A DNA stretch of 63,398 bases, filler included, from Malassezia furfur (lineage: Eukaryota): NCBI GenBank assembly GCA_052055015.1. It is 31 parts of 31 records of this genome, joined end to end, with 100 filler letters (N's around TTAATTAATTAA, not from the genome) between each part and the next. Parts side by side here need not be neighbours in the genome. Positions count along the whole stretch, not along the records: positions 1 to 2,031 come from JBQJIT010000996.1; positions 2,132 to 4,157 come from JBQJIT010000997.1; positions 4,258 to 6,272 come from JBQJIT010000998.1; positions 6,373 to 8,385 come from JBQJIT010000999.1; positions 8,486 to 10,480 come from JBQJIT010001000.1; 26 more parts are not named here. One strand, written 5' to 3'. Below, piece by piece: positions 1-10,580 of this stretch. Numbering within the stretch: position 1 is the stretch's first letter; each line of letters opens with the position of its first letter. The translations under genes and the position numbers were made by a program. A model generated the notes under the pieces. It searched no databases. It saw only the letters and a program-made list of their open reading frames with translations, and had not been told where the DNA came from.

Positions 1-559
1 CGCGGCCCCCGGTGCCCGGCCGCAGGTCTACGGATGGGCGTGCGGCCTCGGGCGGGCGTGCGACGTCCGGCGGCTTCGCGACGACGGGCGGCGTGGTGTG
101 GAAGAGCGCCTGGCACGCACGCAGCAGCTCGACAAGGTCTGCGCCCTCGGGCTTGCGGCGCCAGTCGTCGAGGTACGCCGGCGATACGCGCCCGCTCACA
201 TCCACGCGCTCGCTGCGCCGGACGAGCATCGACGCGGTGGGCACGACGTACACGATCGGCGGGTCGTCTGCGTACGCGCGCGGGATCCATACGTGCACCG
301 GGATGTAGTAGAGCGTGCCCGCGTACTCGACCGGGAGCGTGCCGTCGAGCACGAGGAGGAGGACGGTGCGGCCGTCGTCGTAGGCTGCGTGAGCGGCGCA
401 CGTACTGTACACGTCGGTGCGCGGGCGGAGCGTCGGGAACGCGTCAAGCACGCGGTCGACGTCGGCGGCGATGCGCTCGCGCGCGGCGTACTGCGTGAGC
501 ACGAGACGTACCGGCTCGAGCACCTGGCGGAGCCAGCGGTGCACCACGCCGCGGTCCAT
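1..559 (-). CDS. VPS23: ESCRT-I subunit Vps23/Stp22/TSG101, UEV domain (5' part, runs off window start); not in the ORF track
   Basis: Manual translation: MDRGVVHRWLRQVLEP|YAARERIAADV...LRPRTDVYT|YDDGRTVLLLVLDGTLPVEYAGTLYYIPVHVWIPRAYADDPPIVYVVPT. Two 21-nt GT-AG introns at 491-511 and 385-405. Confidence 0.9.
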   Translation of the reverse strand, partial: MDRGVVHRWLRQVLEPVRLVLTQYAARERIAADVDRVLDAFPTLRPRTDVYSTCAAHAAYDDGRTVLLLVLDGTLPVEYAGTLYYIPVHVWIPRAYADDPPIVYVVPTASMLVRRSERVDVSGRVSPAYLDDWRRKPEGADLVELLRACQALFHTTPPVVAKPPDVARPPEAARPSVDLRPGTGGR

Positions 560-622
560 TGTGGAGGTGGGGAAGCAGGAGCGCAGGGCGCCAGAGGCTT
601 TGCTACGGAGCGGCTACGCTGG

Positions 623-2031
623 CTACGTCTGCTGCGCACGCGGCGTGCGCCGCTTGCGCCGGCGCAGCGCGTTCACGAGCAGGTCCATCTGCCCGCGCAC
701 GACGCCGCGCTTCTGCCCGCGGCGGTTGATCAGCACCTTGGTATGCCCCGGCGCACTGTCCTTCTCGAAGAACACGACGGAGCCCTCGCGGCCGGCGCGC
801 GCCGAGCGCCCCGCGCGGTGCAGCAGCTCGAGCGCGTTGTCGTTCGCGTGCTGCACCGCGGCGCGCCCGCGCCCCGCGTCAGGCACGAATACGTGCCGCA
901 CACGCGGCCCAAAGTCGAGGCCACGCGACAGCACCGAGGTGGTGAGCAGGATGCGCGGCGCGTCGGGCGGCGGCGCGTCGTCGCGCGTGTACGGGCGGTG
1001 CAGGAAGGGCGCGAGGCGCGCGTCCGTGCGGCTCGCGCGCGCGTCTGCGTCGCCGGTGAGCGCGACGTGGTCGACGTTGCGCGCGCGCAGAAAGGCGCTC
1101 AGCTGCTCGACGCTCGTGCGCCGGTCGCGGAAGATGAGGATCTGGTCGTCGGCGCATGCGGGCGTCGTAAAGATGCGCAGGATCTCTTTGAGCATCGCCA
1201 TGTCCTTCGAGCCGCCCGGGTCGAGGAAGCGCGCGGTGAGGCGCGCCGGCAGCGTGTGTAGGTGGGGCGACGCCAGCGTCGTCATGCGGGGGTAGCGCGT
1301 CGCGAGCAGCGCCGCGAGCGTCTTGGGGATCGTTGCGGTGGCCAGGACGACGTCGGCGTCCGCCGCGGCGTCGAGCGCCGCCGTGGTGTCCGGGCGGAAG
1401 CCGTCGTCGAGCAGCGTGTCGGCCTCGTCGACGACGACCCACGCGGCGTTGCTGAGCGCGAGCGGCGTGCGGTGCGTCGGCGCACACAGCTCGCGCAGGC
1501 GCTTGGGCGTCGTGACGAGCACGTCGGGCGACAGCGGCGCGCCGGTGTGCGGCGGCGCACCGACGTCGTGCGCCTGCGCCGCGTACTGCTGCAGCTTCGC
1601 GTAGGCGTCGGCCGCGCGCGCGTCAAACTGGCGCGTCGACGTGCAGTCGACACGAAGCTTGTGCGTGGCGTGGTGGCTGAGCGCCTTGGCGACCTCGGCG
1701 ATCTGCCGCGCGAGCTCGTGCGTCGGCGCCAGGACGACGGCGCGCGGCAGCAGCCGCGGCGTGTGCTGCGCGGCGTACGCGACGTCTGCATGCTCGCCCG
1801 CGGCGCGTGTGCTATGGAGCGACTGCAGGACGGGCAGCAGGTACGCGAGCGTCTTGCCGCTGCCCGTCTCGGCGGCGAGCAGCGTCGCGCCCGGCGTGCG
1901 GTGCGGCGCGAAGAAGTGCGTGAGCGCCTGGGCCTGCGGCACGGTCGGCCGCGCGCGCGCGCCGAGCACCGCATGGACCTGCGCTAGCAGGCCCTCGGAC
2001 AGTGGCGGCGCGGCGAACGTGCGCGCGTCGG
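623..2031 (-). CDS. MRH4: DEAD-box RNA helicase, mitochondrial Mrh4-like (5' truncated by contig end)
   Basis: AETGSGKT, PTHELA, VVVDEAD, SRGLDF, HRAGRSAR motifs; frame is open from 1969 up to the contig edge. Confidence 0.7.
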
Positions 2032-2131
2032 NNNNNNNNNNNNNNNNNNNNNNNNNNNNNNNNNNNNNNNNNNNNTTAATTAATTAANNNNNNNNNNNNN
2101 NNNNNNNNNNNNNNNNNNNNNNNNNNNNNNN
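2032..2131. other. Artificial contig linker N44-TTAATTAATTAA-N44 (first of 30 identical linkers)
   Basis: Identical 100-nt unit with stops in all six frames recurs every ~2 kb; contig lengths fall monotonically. Confidence 0.99.
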
Positions 2132-2154
2132 GTAGGTGCGCGGCGCTGACGCAG

Positions 2155-3021
2155 ATCGGTCCGCCGGGGTCGGGCAAGACGACGTACTGGTAAGCGTGCC
2201 GCTGTGCTCACGCAGCCATGGGATGTACCAGTTCCTCACGGCGATTGAGCGTCCCGTGCACATCGTCAACTTGGACCCCGCGAACGACCATGTGCCGTAC
2301 CCGTGTGCGATCTCGCTCGCGGAGCTGATCAGTGTGCGCGACGTGATGGAGGAGCTGGATCTCGGCCCGAACGGCGCGATGCTGTACTGCCTCGAGTACC
2401 TCGAGCACAACCTCGACTGGCTCGAGGCGCGGCTCGACGCGCTCGAGGGCGACTATGTGGTGTTTGACCTGCCGGGGCAAGTCGAGCTCTCGACGAACCA
2501 TCCGAGCCTCGCGCGGATTCTGACGCGGCTGCAGAAGCAGCAGGACTGGCGGGTAGGTCGGTGTGCGGGCTCACGCACGCAGTTTGTTGCCGTGCATCTC
2601 GCGGATGCGACCAACATTACGGATGCGTCACGCTACATCTCGCTACTCATCCTTGCGCTACGTGCGATGCTCATGCTGGAGCTGCCGCATGTGAATGTGC
2701 TGAGCAAGATGGATCTGCTGGACGACGAGCAAAAAGCGCAGCTGGGTGCGTACAGGCGGTGCGCGCGCAAGCTGACCTGCAGACTTCCCGCTGGACTATT
2801 ATACCGAGGTGCAGGACCTGTCGTACCTCGCGGAGCGCCTCGCCGAGACGCAGCCGCGCGTCGCGGGGATGAGCCGCGTGCTGTGCGAGCTGGTGGACGA
2901 GTTCGGCCTGGTCAGCTTCGAGACGCTCGCGGTGGAGGACCAGGCGTCGATGCTGCACCTGCTCCACGTTCTCGACAAGGCGATTGGCTACGTAGCAGTT
3001 GGGGATGCAGCCCATGCATAG
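2155..3021 (+). CDS. GPN2: GPN-loop GTPase 2 (first exon missing)
   Basis: IGPPGSGKTTYC, VNLDPAND, LGPNGA, DLPGQVEL, PHVNVLSKMDL, LDYYTEVQDL. Introns 2132-2154, 2190-2215, 2553-2582, 2746-2782 restore the frame. Confidence 0.92.
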
Positions 3022-3128
3022 AGGTGCAGGCTGCGCGCCGAGGGGAGGGGGCGCGCTCGTCGGACGACGCAGCGAACAGGGACGGCCGCAACCGCCTGTG
3101 GGGTTTTGCTTTCTTTGCTCGTCTGGGT

Positions 3129-4073
3129 ATGCGCGCGCGGGTGAGCTGGCTCGCGACGGCGCTCGCGCCGCTCGCGGTGTGGGCGGCGGGGTCGTCGCCG
3201 TCGTCGATCAACGGCACGAGTCTGATCCCCGCCAACATTTCGTCGAGCTGCTACACGCTGCTGGTGCAGCTCGACAGCGACTCGCTGTTCCAGCAGTGCA
3301 CCGATCCGCTGATCCAGGCGACGGCGATCTACGCGAACGCGTCGTCGTCGAACGCGACCGAGAGCTCGCTGACGCACTCGCTCGACTCGCTGTGCAGCCA
3401 GCAGAACGGGTGCGACCGCACGCTGGTGCGCCAGTACGTCGCGCAGTTCTGGGACGAGTGCTCCGCGGAGCTCGAGGCGGGCAACGACGAGGTGACGCAG
3501 CTGTACGACTACCTGTACATCTTCAACCCGTTCCGCGACGCGATCTGCTCGAAGAACACCAACGGGACGTACTGCCTCGAGTCGCTCGCGCCGTACATGC
3601 GCCCGTCCGCGGACCTGCAGGCGCTGCAGCTCGACGCGATCCCCGACGCGGGCGACGTGTACAGCGAGCAGTACTGGGCGCACGTCCTGTCGACCGTGCC
3701 CACGTCGAACGCCAAGGCGGCGCAGTCCACCTCGGCGCTCAACGCCGACCAGGTCTTCTTGTTCCTGTCCGGCTCGACGGACCGCGACACGCTGTGCAGC
3801 GAGTGCACGCAAAACGTCCTCGCGTCGTACATCGGCTTCGAGATGGCGACGCCGTACGCGCTCGGCGTCGAGCGCTCCGACGTGCTCAGCCCGCAGGTGA
3901 CCATCTACAACAACGCGCGCAAGATGTGTGGCGAGCCGTTCGTCGCCGCCATCAGCACGCGCGCGGGCGTGAGCGAGTTCCCGAGCGCCGCGGCGCGCGC
4001 GCCGCGCGCGCTCGCGCTGTGGGGCAGTGTCGTAGGAGTAGCAGCGCTGGCGCTGCTCGAGTTGTATTCGTAG
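3129..4073 (+). CDS. Secreted cysteine-rich protein, probably GPI-anchored
   Basis: N-terminal signal peptide MRARVSWLATALAPLAVWA, about 10 Cys, several NxS/T sites, hydrophobic C-terminal tail. The ORF track fuses it to GPN2 artefactually. Confidence 0.8.
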   Translation: MRARVSWLATALAPLAVWAAGSSPSSINGTSLIPANISSSCYTLLVQLDSDSLFQQCTDPLIQATAIYANASSSNATESSLTHSLDSLCSQQNGCDRTLVRQYVAQFWDECSAELEAGNDEVTQLYDYLYIFNPFRDAICSKNTNGTYCLESLAPYMRPSADLQALQLDAIPDAGDVYSEQYWAHVLSTVPTSNAKAAQSTSALNADQVFLFLSGSTDRDTLCSECTQNVLASYIGFEMATPYALGVERSDVLSPQVTIYNNARKMCGEPFVAAISTRAGVSEFPSAAARAPRALALWGSVVGVAALALLELYS

Positions 4074-4257
4074 CTACGAGTCCAGGTTGTGGGGCGACGA
4101 CGAGGGCCGCGGCGGCGGCGTCCCGACGCTCGGCGGCACCTGCAGGTGGCCGGGCGTNNNNNNNNNNNNNNNNNNNNNNNNNNNNNNNNNNNNNNNNNNN
4201 NTTAATTAATTAANNNNNNNNNNNNNNNNNNNNNNNNNNNNNNNNNNNNNNNNNNNN

Positions 4258-6141
4258 CAGGCGACCGCGCCGCGCCGGCCGTGGTGGCACCCGCTGCGGT
4301 GGCACGCGGCGTTCCAGGAACACGCGCACGTCCTCGACGTGCTGCGGCCCTCGCCCAAGGTGCGCACTGCACTCGCGCGCACGCGGTGGTTCCTGCGTGC
4401 CGCGTGGCCGCACAACCGCATGCACCAGACCATCCTGATCGTATTTGCGCTGTGGATCATGGTGAGCTACGTCAGCTTCACCGTCGACGAGGTGCTCCCG
4501 GCGGGGCCCGTGGACGACCGCATCTACTCGGGCTACGCGCAGATCCTGATGAACGAGCTCGCGGACGTGCATCCCGCGCCCCCGCCCGGCGACGGCGTCG
4601 TGACGCAGAACGCGACTTGGGCGCCCGAGTACTGCTATTCGCGCGGCAAGCCGCTGCGCCTGTTTGACGCCGTGGGGTGCAAGACGGCGACGAGCTTCAC
4701 GATCGATACGGTGCCGAACAAGAACTCGATGATCTCTACCGACACGTCGTTCCTGTACATCGACCGCGGGCGGCCGGTGCCGGACACCGACGCCGACGCC
4801 GCGCCGCATGCCCCGCGCGATACGACGCTGGCCGCGCGCCCGGCGCCGGCGCAGGTGTACGTGCGCGCGCAAGACCCGCACGGCCCGCTCGCGGGCCAGC
4901 ACAAGATCGAGGTGAACATCACCGCGACGTTTTTCCGGCCGGCGCGCGTGCTGTTCGACCACACGCTGGTGGCCAAGGTCGAGCGTGGCCACGGCACGCA
5001 GGGCATCGAGATCGTGTCGCCGGTCGTCAGCGAGCACGCGCACCTTGAGACGGAGCCGCTGCAGTTCGACGTGACGATCAGCGTCCCGCCCGAGACGGTC
5101 GCAGGCCTCGAGATCGACACGCCCAACGCCGACGTGCACCTCTTCACCGAGCGCGCGCAGGCGTCGACAAACAACCCCGCGCACCTGAGCGACGACGTGC
5201 GCGGCGTGTTTGCGCTGCTCCTCGGCGACTCGCGCACGAACAAGGCGGGCCAGGGCGTGCCCGCCGAGGCACCCGCCGCGGCGCTCCCCGCGGAGCACTT
5301 CTTCGGGCACCTCGGCGTGCAGACGGACGTGGGCGAGATCGTCGCCGACTCGCACGTGCGCTCCAACTCGCTGCTGCGCCTCGCGACGCGCAGCGGCGAC
5401 ATCACCGTCCAGGGCACGCTCACGAGCCCCGTGCTGCAGCTCGACACGGCGTCGGGGCGCATCGCCTACGCACACCCCGGCGCTTCGTACGCGAGCCGCT
5501 CGTCGGAGCTCACGACGCGCACGGGCGACATCGTGCTCCACGACGGCACGCACGTCTCGGGCGTGCGCAGCCGCGCGACGTCCACGTCGGGCGCGATCGG
5601 CGGGAGCGGCACGTGGCATGCGAACCTGTCGCTCGCGCTCAACACGGGCCCCGGCCTGCTGAACGCGTCCGTCGCCGTGCACCGCCCGCTGCTGCAGAAC
5701 ATCGAGTACAGCGACTTCCTCGCGTCGGAGCACGGGCGCCGCGTCGACAATGCGTTTGTGTCGCAGAACGGCTCGGTCGCCGTGCGGTACGTCGAGCACG
5801 CGGCGGGCGTGCCGCTGCGCGCCTCGGCGACGAGCGCGGGGAACGTCACCATGCGCCTCGCGCCCACGTACGAGGGGCCCGTCTCGGCGCGGGGGCGTGT
5901 GGCGTTTGCGGGCCACGCGCCGCTCCCTCCCGGGCGCCACTGGGACGCAATGACCCGCGTGAACGAGGGCGACAACGTCGTGGTCAACGCGACGGTCTAC
6001 TGGGACGACGCGGCACGCCCGCCGCTTGCGCCGTCCACCGACACGATGCCGCTCATCGAGCCGGGCAAGTCGGTGCTGTCGTACGGACCGCAGGTGACCG
6101 CCGTGTCGTACGACGCGAACGCCCAAATATTTGCGCCATGA
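4258..6141 (+). CDS. Single-pass membrane protein with repeated beta-strand (DUF4097/adhesin-like) region, 5' truncated
   Basis: TM segment TILIVFALWIMVSYVSF, then repeated TxxGxI motifs (TDVGEI, TRSGDI, TASGRI, TRTGDI, STSGAI). Confidence 0.6.
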   Translation, partial: QATAPRRPWWHPLRWHAAFQEHAHVLDVLRPSPKVRTALARTRWFLRAAWPHNRMHQTILIVFALWIMVSYVSFTVDEVLPAGPVDDRIYSGYAQILMNELADVHPAPPPGDGVVTQNATWAPEYCYSRGKPLRLFDAVGCKTATSFTIDTVPNKNSMISTDTSFLYIDRGRPVPDTDADAAPHAPRDTTLAARPAPAQVYVRAQDPHGPLAGQHKIEVNITATFFRPARVLFDHTLVAKVERGHGTQGIEIVSPVVSEHAHLETEPLQFDVTISVPPETVAGLEIDTPNADVHLFTERAQASTNNPAHLSDDVRGVFALLLGDSRTNKAGQGVPAEAPAAALPAEHFFGHLGVQTDVGEIVADSHVRSNSLLRLATRSGDITVQGTLTSPVLQLDTASGRIAYAHPGASYASRSSELTTRTGDIVLHDGTHVSGVRSRATSTSGAIGGSGTWHANLSLALNTGPGLLNASVAVHRPLLQNIEYSDFLASEHGRRVDNAFVSQNGSVAVRYVEHAAGVPLRASATSAGNVTMRLAPTYEGPVSARGRVAFAGHAPLPPGRHWDAMTRVNEGDNVVVNATVYWDDAARPPLAPSTDTMPLIEPGKSVLSYGPQVTAVSYDANAQIFAP

Positions 6142-6372
6142 TGTACAGGATGTGTCGTATATACCTTTCACCTTTCTATAGTGATGCAAGACGTTGGAGC
6201 ACGTCCGCCGGCACCCGCCGCGGCCGCCGTGCGCCGCGTGGCTCGTGCGCCAGCGCCATACGCAGCGCCGCGNNNNNNNNNNNNNNNNNNNNNNNNNNNN
6301 NNNNNNNNNNNNNNNNTTAATTAATTAANNNNNNNNNNNNNNNNNNNNNNNNNNNNNNNNNNNNNNNNNNNN

Positions 6373-8385
6373 GTCGAAGCGTGGACGTCCGGCAACGTGT
6401 TCCACCCGCTTGTGGGCGAGTGCGTGCATGTGCTGCTGGCGGTCGCGGCGCGTGCCGAGCTGCCGAGCGCCGAGCTGCAGGCGCTGTGCCTCGAGTGCCT
6501 CGGCATGCTCGGCGCCGTGGACCCTGACCGGATGGAGCTGCCGCCCGAGGAGCCGTTTTTGGTGCTGCTGAGCAACTTTGAGAATGCGGACGAGACGGTG
6601 GCGTTTGCGACGCGCCTGCTCACCGAGCTGATCGTACCTGCGTTCCGCGCCACGGCAGACACCCGGCACCAGGCAGCGCTCGCCTATGCGATCCAGGAGC
6701 TGCTCAAGCAGTGCGGCTTCACCCCCGCGCTGCTCGACGCTGGCATGCGCGGCGTCCCGGAAAAGGTGCGCCGGCGCTGGGAGGCGATCCCTGAGGCGAT
6801 GCTGCCGACGCTCATGCCGCTGCTCAACTCCAAGTACGTCGTGCAGGACGCCGAGCCGCGCCGGCGGCCGTCGCCCGTGTACCGGCACACGGCCTCCTTC
6901 CGCGAGTGGATCCAGGCGTGGGTGCTGCAGCTGATGCACGGCGTGCGCGACGCGCAGGTCGCCGCCTTCTTCCACATCTTTCGCTCGGTGGTGCGCGACC
7001 AGGACGTGACGGTGGCGCGTGCGCTGTTGCCGCACCTGGCACTGCACACGCTCATCTCCGGCACGCCCGACGCGCGCAGCGCCGTGCTCGATGAGATCCA
7101 CTGCGTGCTCACCGAGCAGGTCGCGCCCACGCCCGGCGCCTCGGCGGAGCGGCGGCGGCGCGCGACGCAGACCGTGTTCCACGTGATGGACCACGTCGGG
7201 CACTGGATGCGGCGCGTGCGGCTCGTGCATGCGCGCAGCGGCAAGCGCAGCCGGCTCAAAGAGGCGCTGCACGACGTCCAGGGCGTCGTGGACACCATCT
7301 CGCAAGAGCTCACCGCGCAGGCGGCGCTGCAGACGCACGCGTACCCCCGCTCGCTGCTCAACTTTGAATACCGCATCCGCGCGCTGCGTGCCGACGGCGC
7401 CCCGGACGCGCAGGTGCAGCCGCTGTACGAGACGATGCACGAGATCTATGCGCAGCTCGACGACCCCGACGGCATGGAGGGCATCTCGACGCGCGTGCTG
7501 GCGCCCTCGCTGCAGCACCAGATCCGCGAGCACGAGAGCACCGGGCGCTGGACCGACGCGCAGTCCTGCTGGGAGGTCGAGCTGCAGCAGCGCCCCGACG
7601 ACGCACATCTCCATCTCGGCCTGCTGCGCTGCCTGCGCTCGCTCGGGCACTACGACACGCTCCGCACGCACATCCGCGGCGTGCTGAGCGTGCACCCCGA
7701 CTGGCAGCCGCAGTTTGCCCCGTTCCAGATCGAGGGCGCGTGCATCCTGGCCGACTGGGACGCACTCAAGGCGCTCGCGGCGCACTCGCACGACGTCCCC
7801 GCGCTCGCGATGGCCCGTGCGCTGCTCGCCATGCGCGAGGACGACGCGCCGCAGTTTGCGCGCGCGGTGCACGACGCGCGCACGCAGCTGGGCCACCCGC
7901 TGCTTGGCGCGGGGCGTGTCGCGTACACGCACGTCTACGACGCGCTGACGCAGCTGCACATCCTCCACGAGCTCGAGCTGGTGTACGGGGCGCGTGCCGA
8001 CGCCGACGCGCGGGCACAGCTCGCGCGCTCGCTTGACGCGCGCTTCCGCGCGACGCTGCCCTCCTTCCGCACGCGCGAGCCGGTGCTGAGCGTGCGGCGC
8101 TCGGCGTTCCTCGCGTGTGCCTCGCGCACGTCCGTCCAGGCGGCGATCGGCGCCGCCTGGATCGGCACGGCCAAGACGGCGCGGCGCGCGGGGCACACCC
8201 AGACCGCGTACAGCGCCGTGCTGCAGGCGCTGCAGAGCGGTGCGCCGTACGCGTTTGTGCAGAAGGCCAAGCTGCTCGCGCACAGCGACCAGGTGCAGGC
8301 GGCGCTCCAAGAGCTCGCGCATGCGCTCCAGGCGCGCGACGCGTCGGTCGGCGCGGGCGGCACCGAGGCGAGCGCCGCGGACCGC
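6373..8385 (+). CDS. MEC1: ATR/Mec1 checkpoint kinase, internal HEAT/FAT fragment
   Basis: LGAVDPDR, AYAIQELLKQCGF, IYAQLDDPDGMEGIS, QIREHESTGRWTDAQSCWE. Confidence 0.9.
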
Positions 8386-8485
8386 NNNNNNNNNNNNNNN
8401 NNNNNNNNNNNNNNNNNNNNNNNNNNNNNTTAATTAATTAANNNNNNNNNNNNNNNNNNNNNNNNNNNNNNNNNNNNNNNNNNNN

Positions 8486-10110
8486 GCACAGCAGCGGCGC
8501 GCAAGGCTGCCGTGGCCGCTGGCTACACGTCGCCGCACACGCGCGCGGCGCCGGTGCTGTCGCCGTCGCAGCACTTCCAGAACTACGTGACGAACCCCGC
8601 TGACCTCGAGGAGCAGCGCTCTTTCACGGGCGGTGCGGCGGGTGCGGACAAGGAGCGCTACGATGCCGGGCCGACGCGCGGCGCGGCAGGCGGCTTCCTC
8701 ACCGGGTGGCGCAAGTGGGTGCTGGCGGCCGTCGTCGCGGCGGTGGTGCTGGGCGTCGCGCTCGGTGTCGGCCTTGGTGTGGGCCTGAATAACGACTCGG
8801 ACTCGGACTCGGACAAGAGCAGTGGCGCAGGCTCGGGCTCCTCGTCGGGGCACCGCGACACGGGCGCGCCGCCCGCGACGCCGAACACGACGACGCCGCA
8901 GTCGCTCACGGCGCTCCCCCGCTGGAACTGGACGGACGCGGACAAGAAGGCGTTTGGCGTGAACATCGGCGGGCAGTTCTTGCTCGAGCGGTGGCTGTAC
9001 GAGGACTGGATGACGGAGGTGGGCGGCGCCGACGCGTGGGACGAGTGGTCCATGTCGCGCAACCTGGGCGAGGAGAAGATGCGCAACGTGCTGGACAACC
9101 ACATGTCCACGTGGTTTGTCGAGTCGCACCTCGACACGCTGCAGCAGGCGGGCATCAACATGATCCGCATCCCGATCGGCTACTGGCCGTTCCTGTCGAC
9201 GGCCGAGACGGGCGAGCCGTACGTGAATGCGTCGCAGCTCGACTACCTGTCGCTCGCGCTGAACTGGGCGTGGGAGCGCAAGATGTATGTGCTGATGGAC
9301 ATGCACGGCCTGCCCGGCAGCCAGAACGGCGACCAGTCGAGCGGGCACAACATGTCGCTCAACAGCAACGGCAACAACGACGTGCCGTGGTTCACGCCGC
9401 AGAACCAGAACCTCTCCAAGGTCGCGGTGACCAACATGTTCGAGTGGCTCACCAAGCACCCTGCGCACTCGGTGATCAGCGGCGTGACCACCGTCAACGA
9501 GCCGCAGACCGACAACGGGAACACGACGCGCGTGTCGATCCTGCGCGACTTCTACCGGTGGAGCATCCAGCAGGGCGACAAGTACAACCTGCCCGTCATC
9601 CTGCACCACGGCTTCGTCCCGGAGCCGTACCGCTACTGGGACGACTTTATGAGCGAGCAGGACCCGAGCATGGTCATCTTTGATGACCATCCCTACCCGG
9701 CGTGGTACCAGAACCCGAACCCCACGAACGAGACGGTCATCATCCAGAACATCTGCGACCTCGGGCAGCAGGGCGAAGACTTCCCCGTGCCCGTCGTGAT
9801 GGGCGAGTGGTCGGGCGTGAACAACGTGAACCAGTCCGAGCTCACCACCGACTACCTCAACACGCAGGTGAGCACGTACGGATGGTCGGGCGGCTCCATG
9901 TTCTTCAACTACCGCGTCAACACCACCCAGAACCCCGTCGTCGGGCCGCCGGCTAACATCGGCGTCGAGTACTCCCTGCTCGACATGCTCCCGCAGGGCA
10001 ACGCCGTCGGCCAGTTCCCCATCTACAACGGGTCGACATCGGTGCGCGCGTTTACCAACTCGCTGCGCCCCTCGTGCGGCCGCGCACCCTCGTACGACTG
10101 GACCACGTAA
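8486..10110 (+). CDS. Membrane-anchored GH5 glucan 1,3-beta-glucosidase-like enzyme (5' truncated)
   Basis: TM helix, GVNIGGQFLLERW, IRIPIGYW, DMHGLPGSQNG, catalytic NEP and GEWS. Confidence 0.88.
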
Positions 10111-10144
10111 TATACTGTTCTATAGCGACACGCAGACTCGTACT

Positions 10145-10480
10145 TTAGACATTCCTACCAAACGTCGCGCTCTTGTTACTGCTCCGCATGTCGTTCTTGC
10201 GCTTGGCGCCCTTCAGCGCCGGCGCCGGCGCACGCTCCTTTTTGCCGCGCGGCGCACGCGCACCCAGCAGCTCGGTGCGCTCGGGCGCCGGCGCTGCATC
10301 CAGCACGGAGCGCGCGCCGGCGTAGTCAAACGGCGCGATGTCCGCAGCGGGCGCCGCCGTCTTGCGTGCGCGCTTCTTGTCCTTCGTCCACCGCGCCTTT
10401 TTCGTCACCGGGACGATCTCGTCGTCCGAGTCGGCGAGCGCCGCCGCCGCAGGCTCCGCGGCCGGAGCCGGGGCCGCCGG
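10145..10480 (-). CDS. RRP6: Probable exosome nuclease Rrp6, C-terminal tail
   Basis: Basic tail with PFDYxxAxSVL and terminal NKSATF, as recalled for Rrp6/EXOSC10 C-termini. Confidence 0.6.
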   Translation of the reverse strand, partial: PAAPAPAAEPAAAALADSDDEIVPVTKKARWTKDKKRARKTAAPAADIAPFDYAGARSVLDAAPAPERTELLGARAPRGKKERAPAPALKGAKRKNDMRSSNKSATFGRNV

Positions 10481-10580
10481 NNNNNNNNNNNNNNNNNNNN
10501 NNNNNNNNNNNNNNNNNNNNNNNNTTAATTAATTAANNNNNNNNNNNNNNNNNNNNNNNNNNNNNNNNNNNNNNNNNNNN

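Noticed and set aside
2136..4073. 645-aa GPN2 fusion to a secreted Cys-rich protein
   Set aside because: Splicing of 2746-2782 shifts GPN2 into a frame that stops at 3021; the second gene has its own ATG and signal peptide at 3129.
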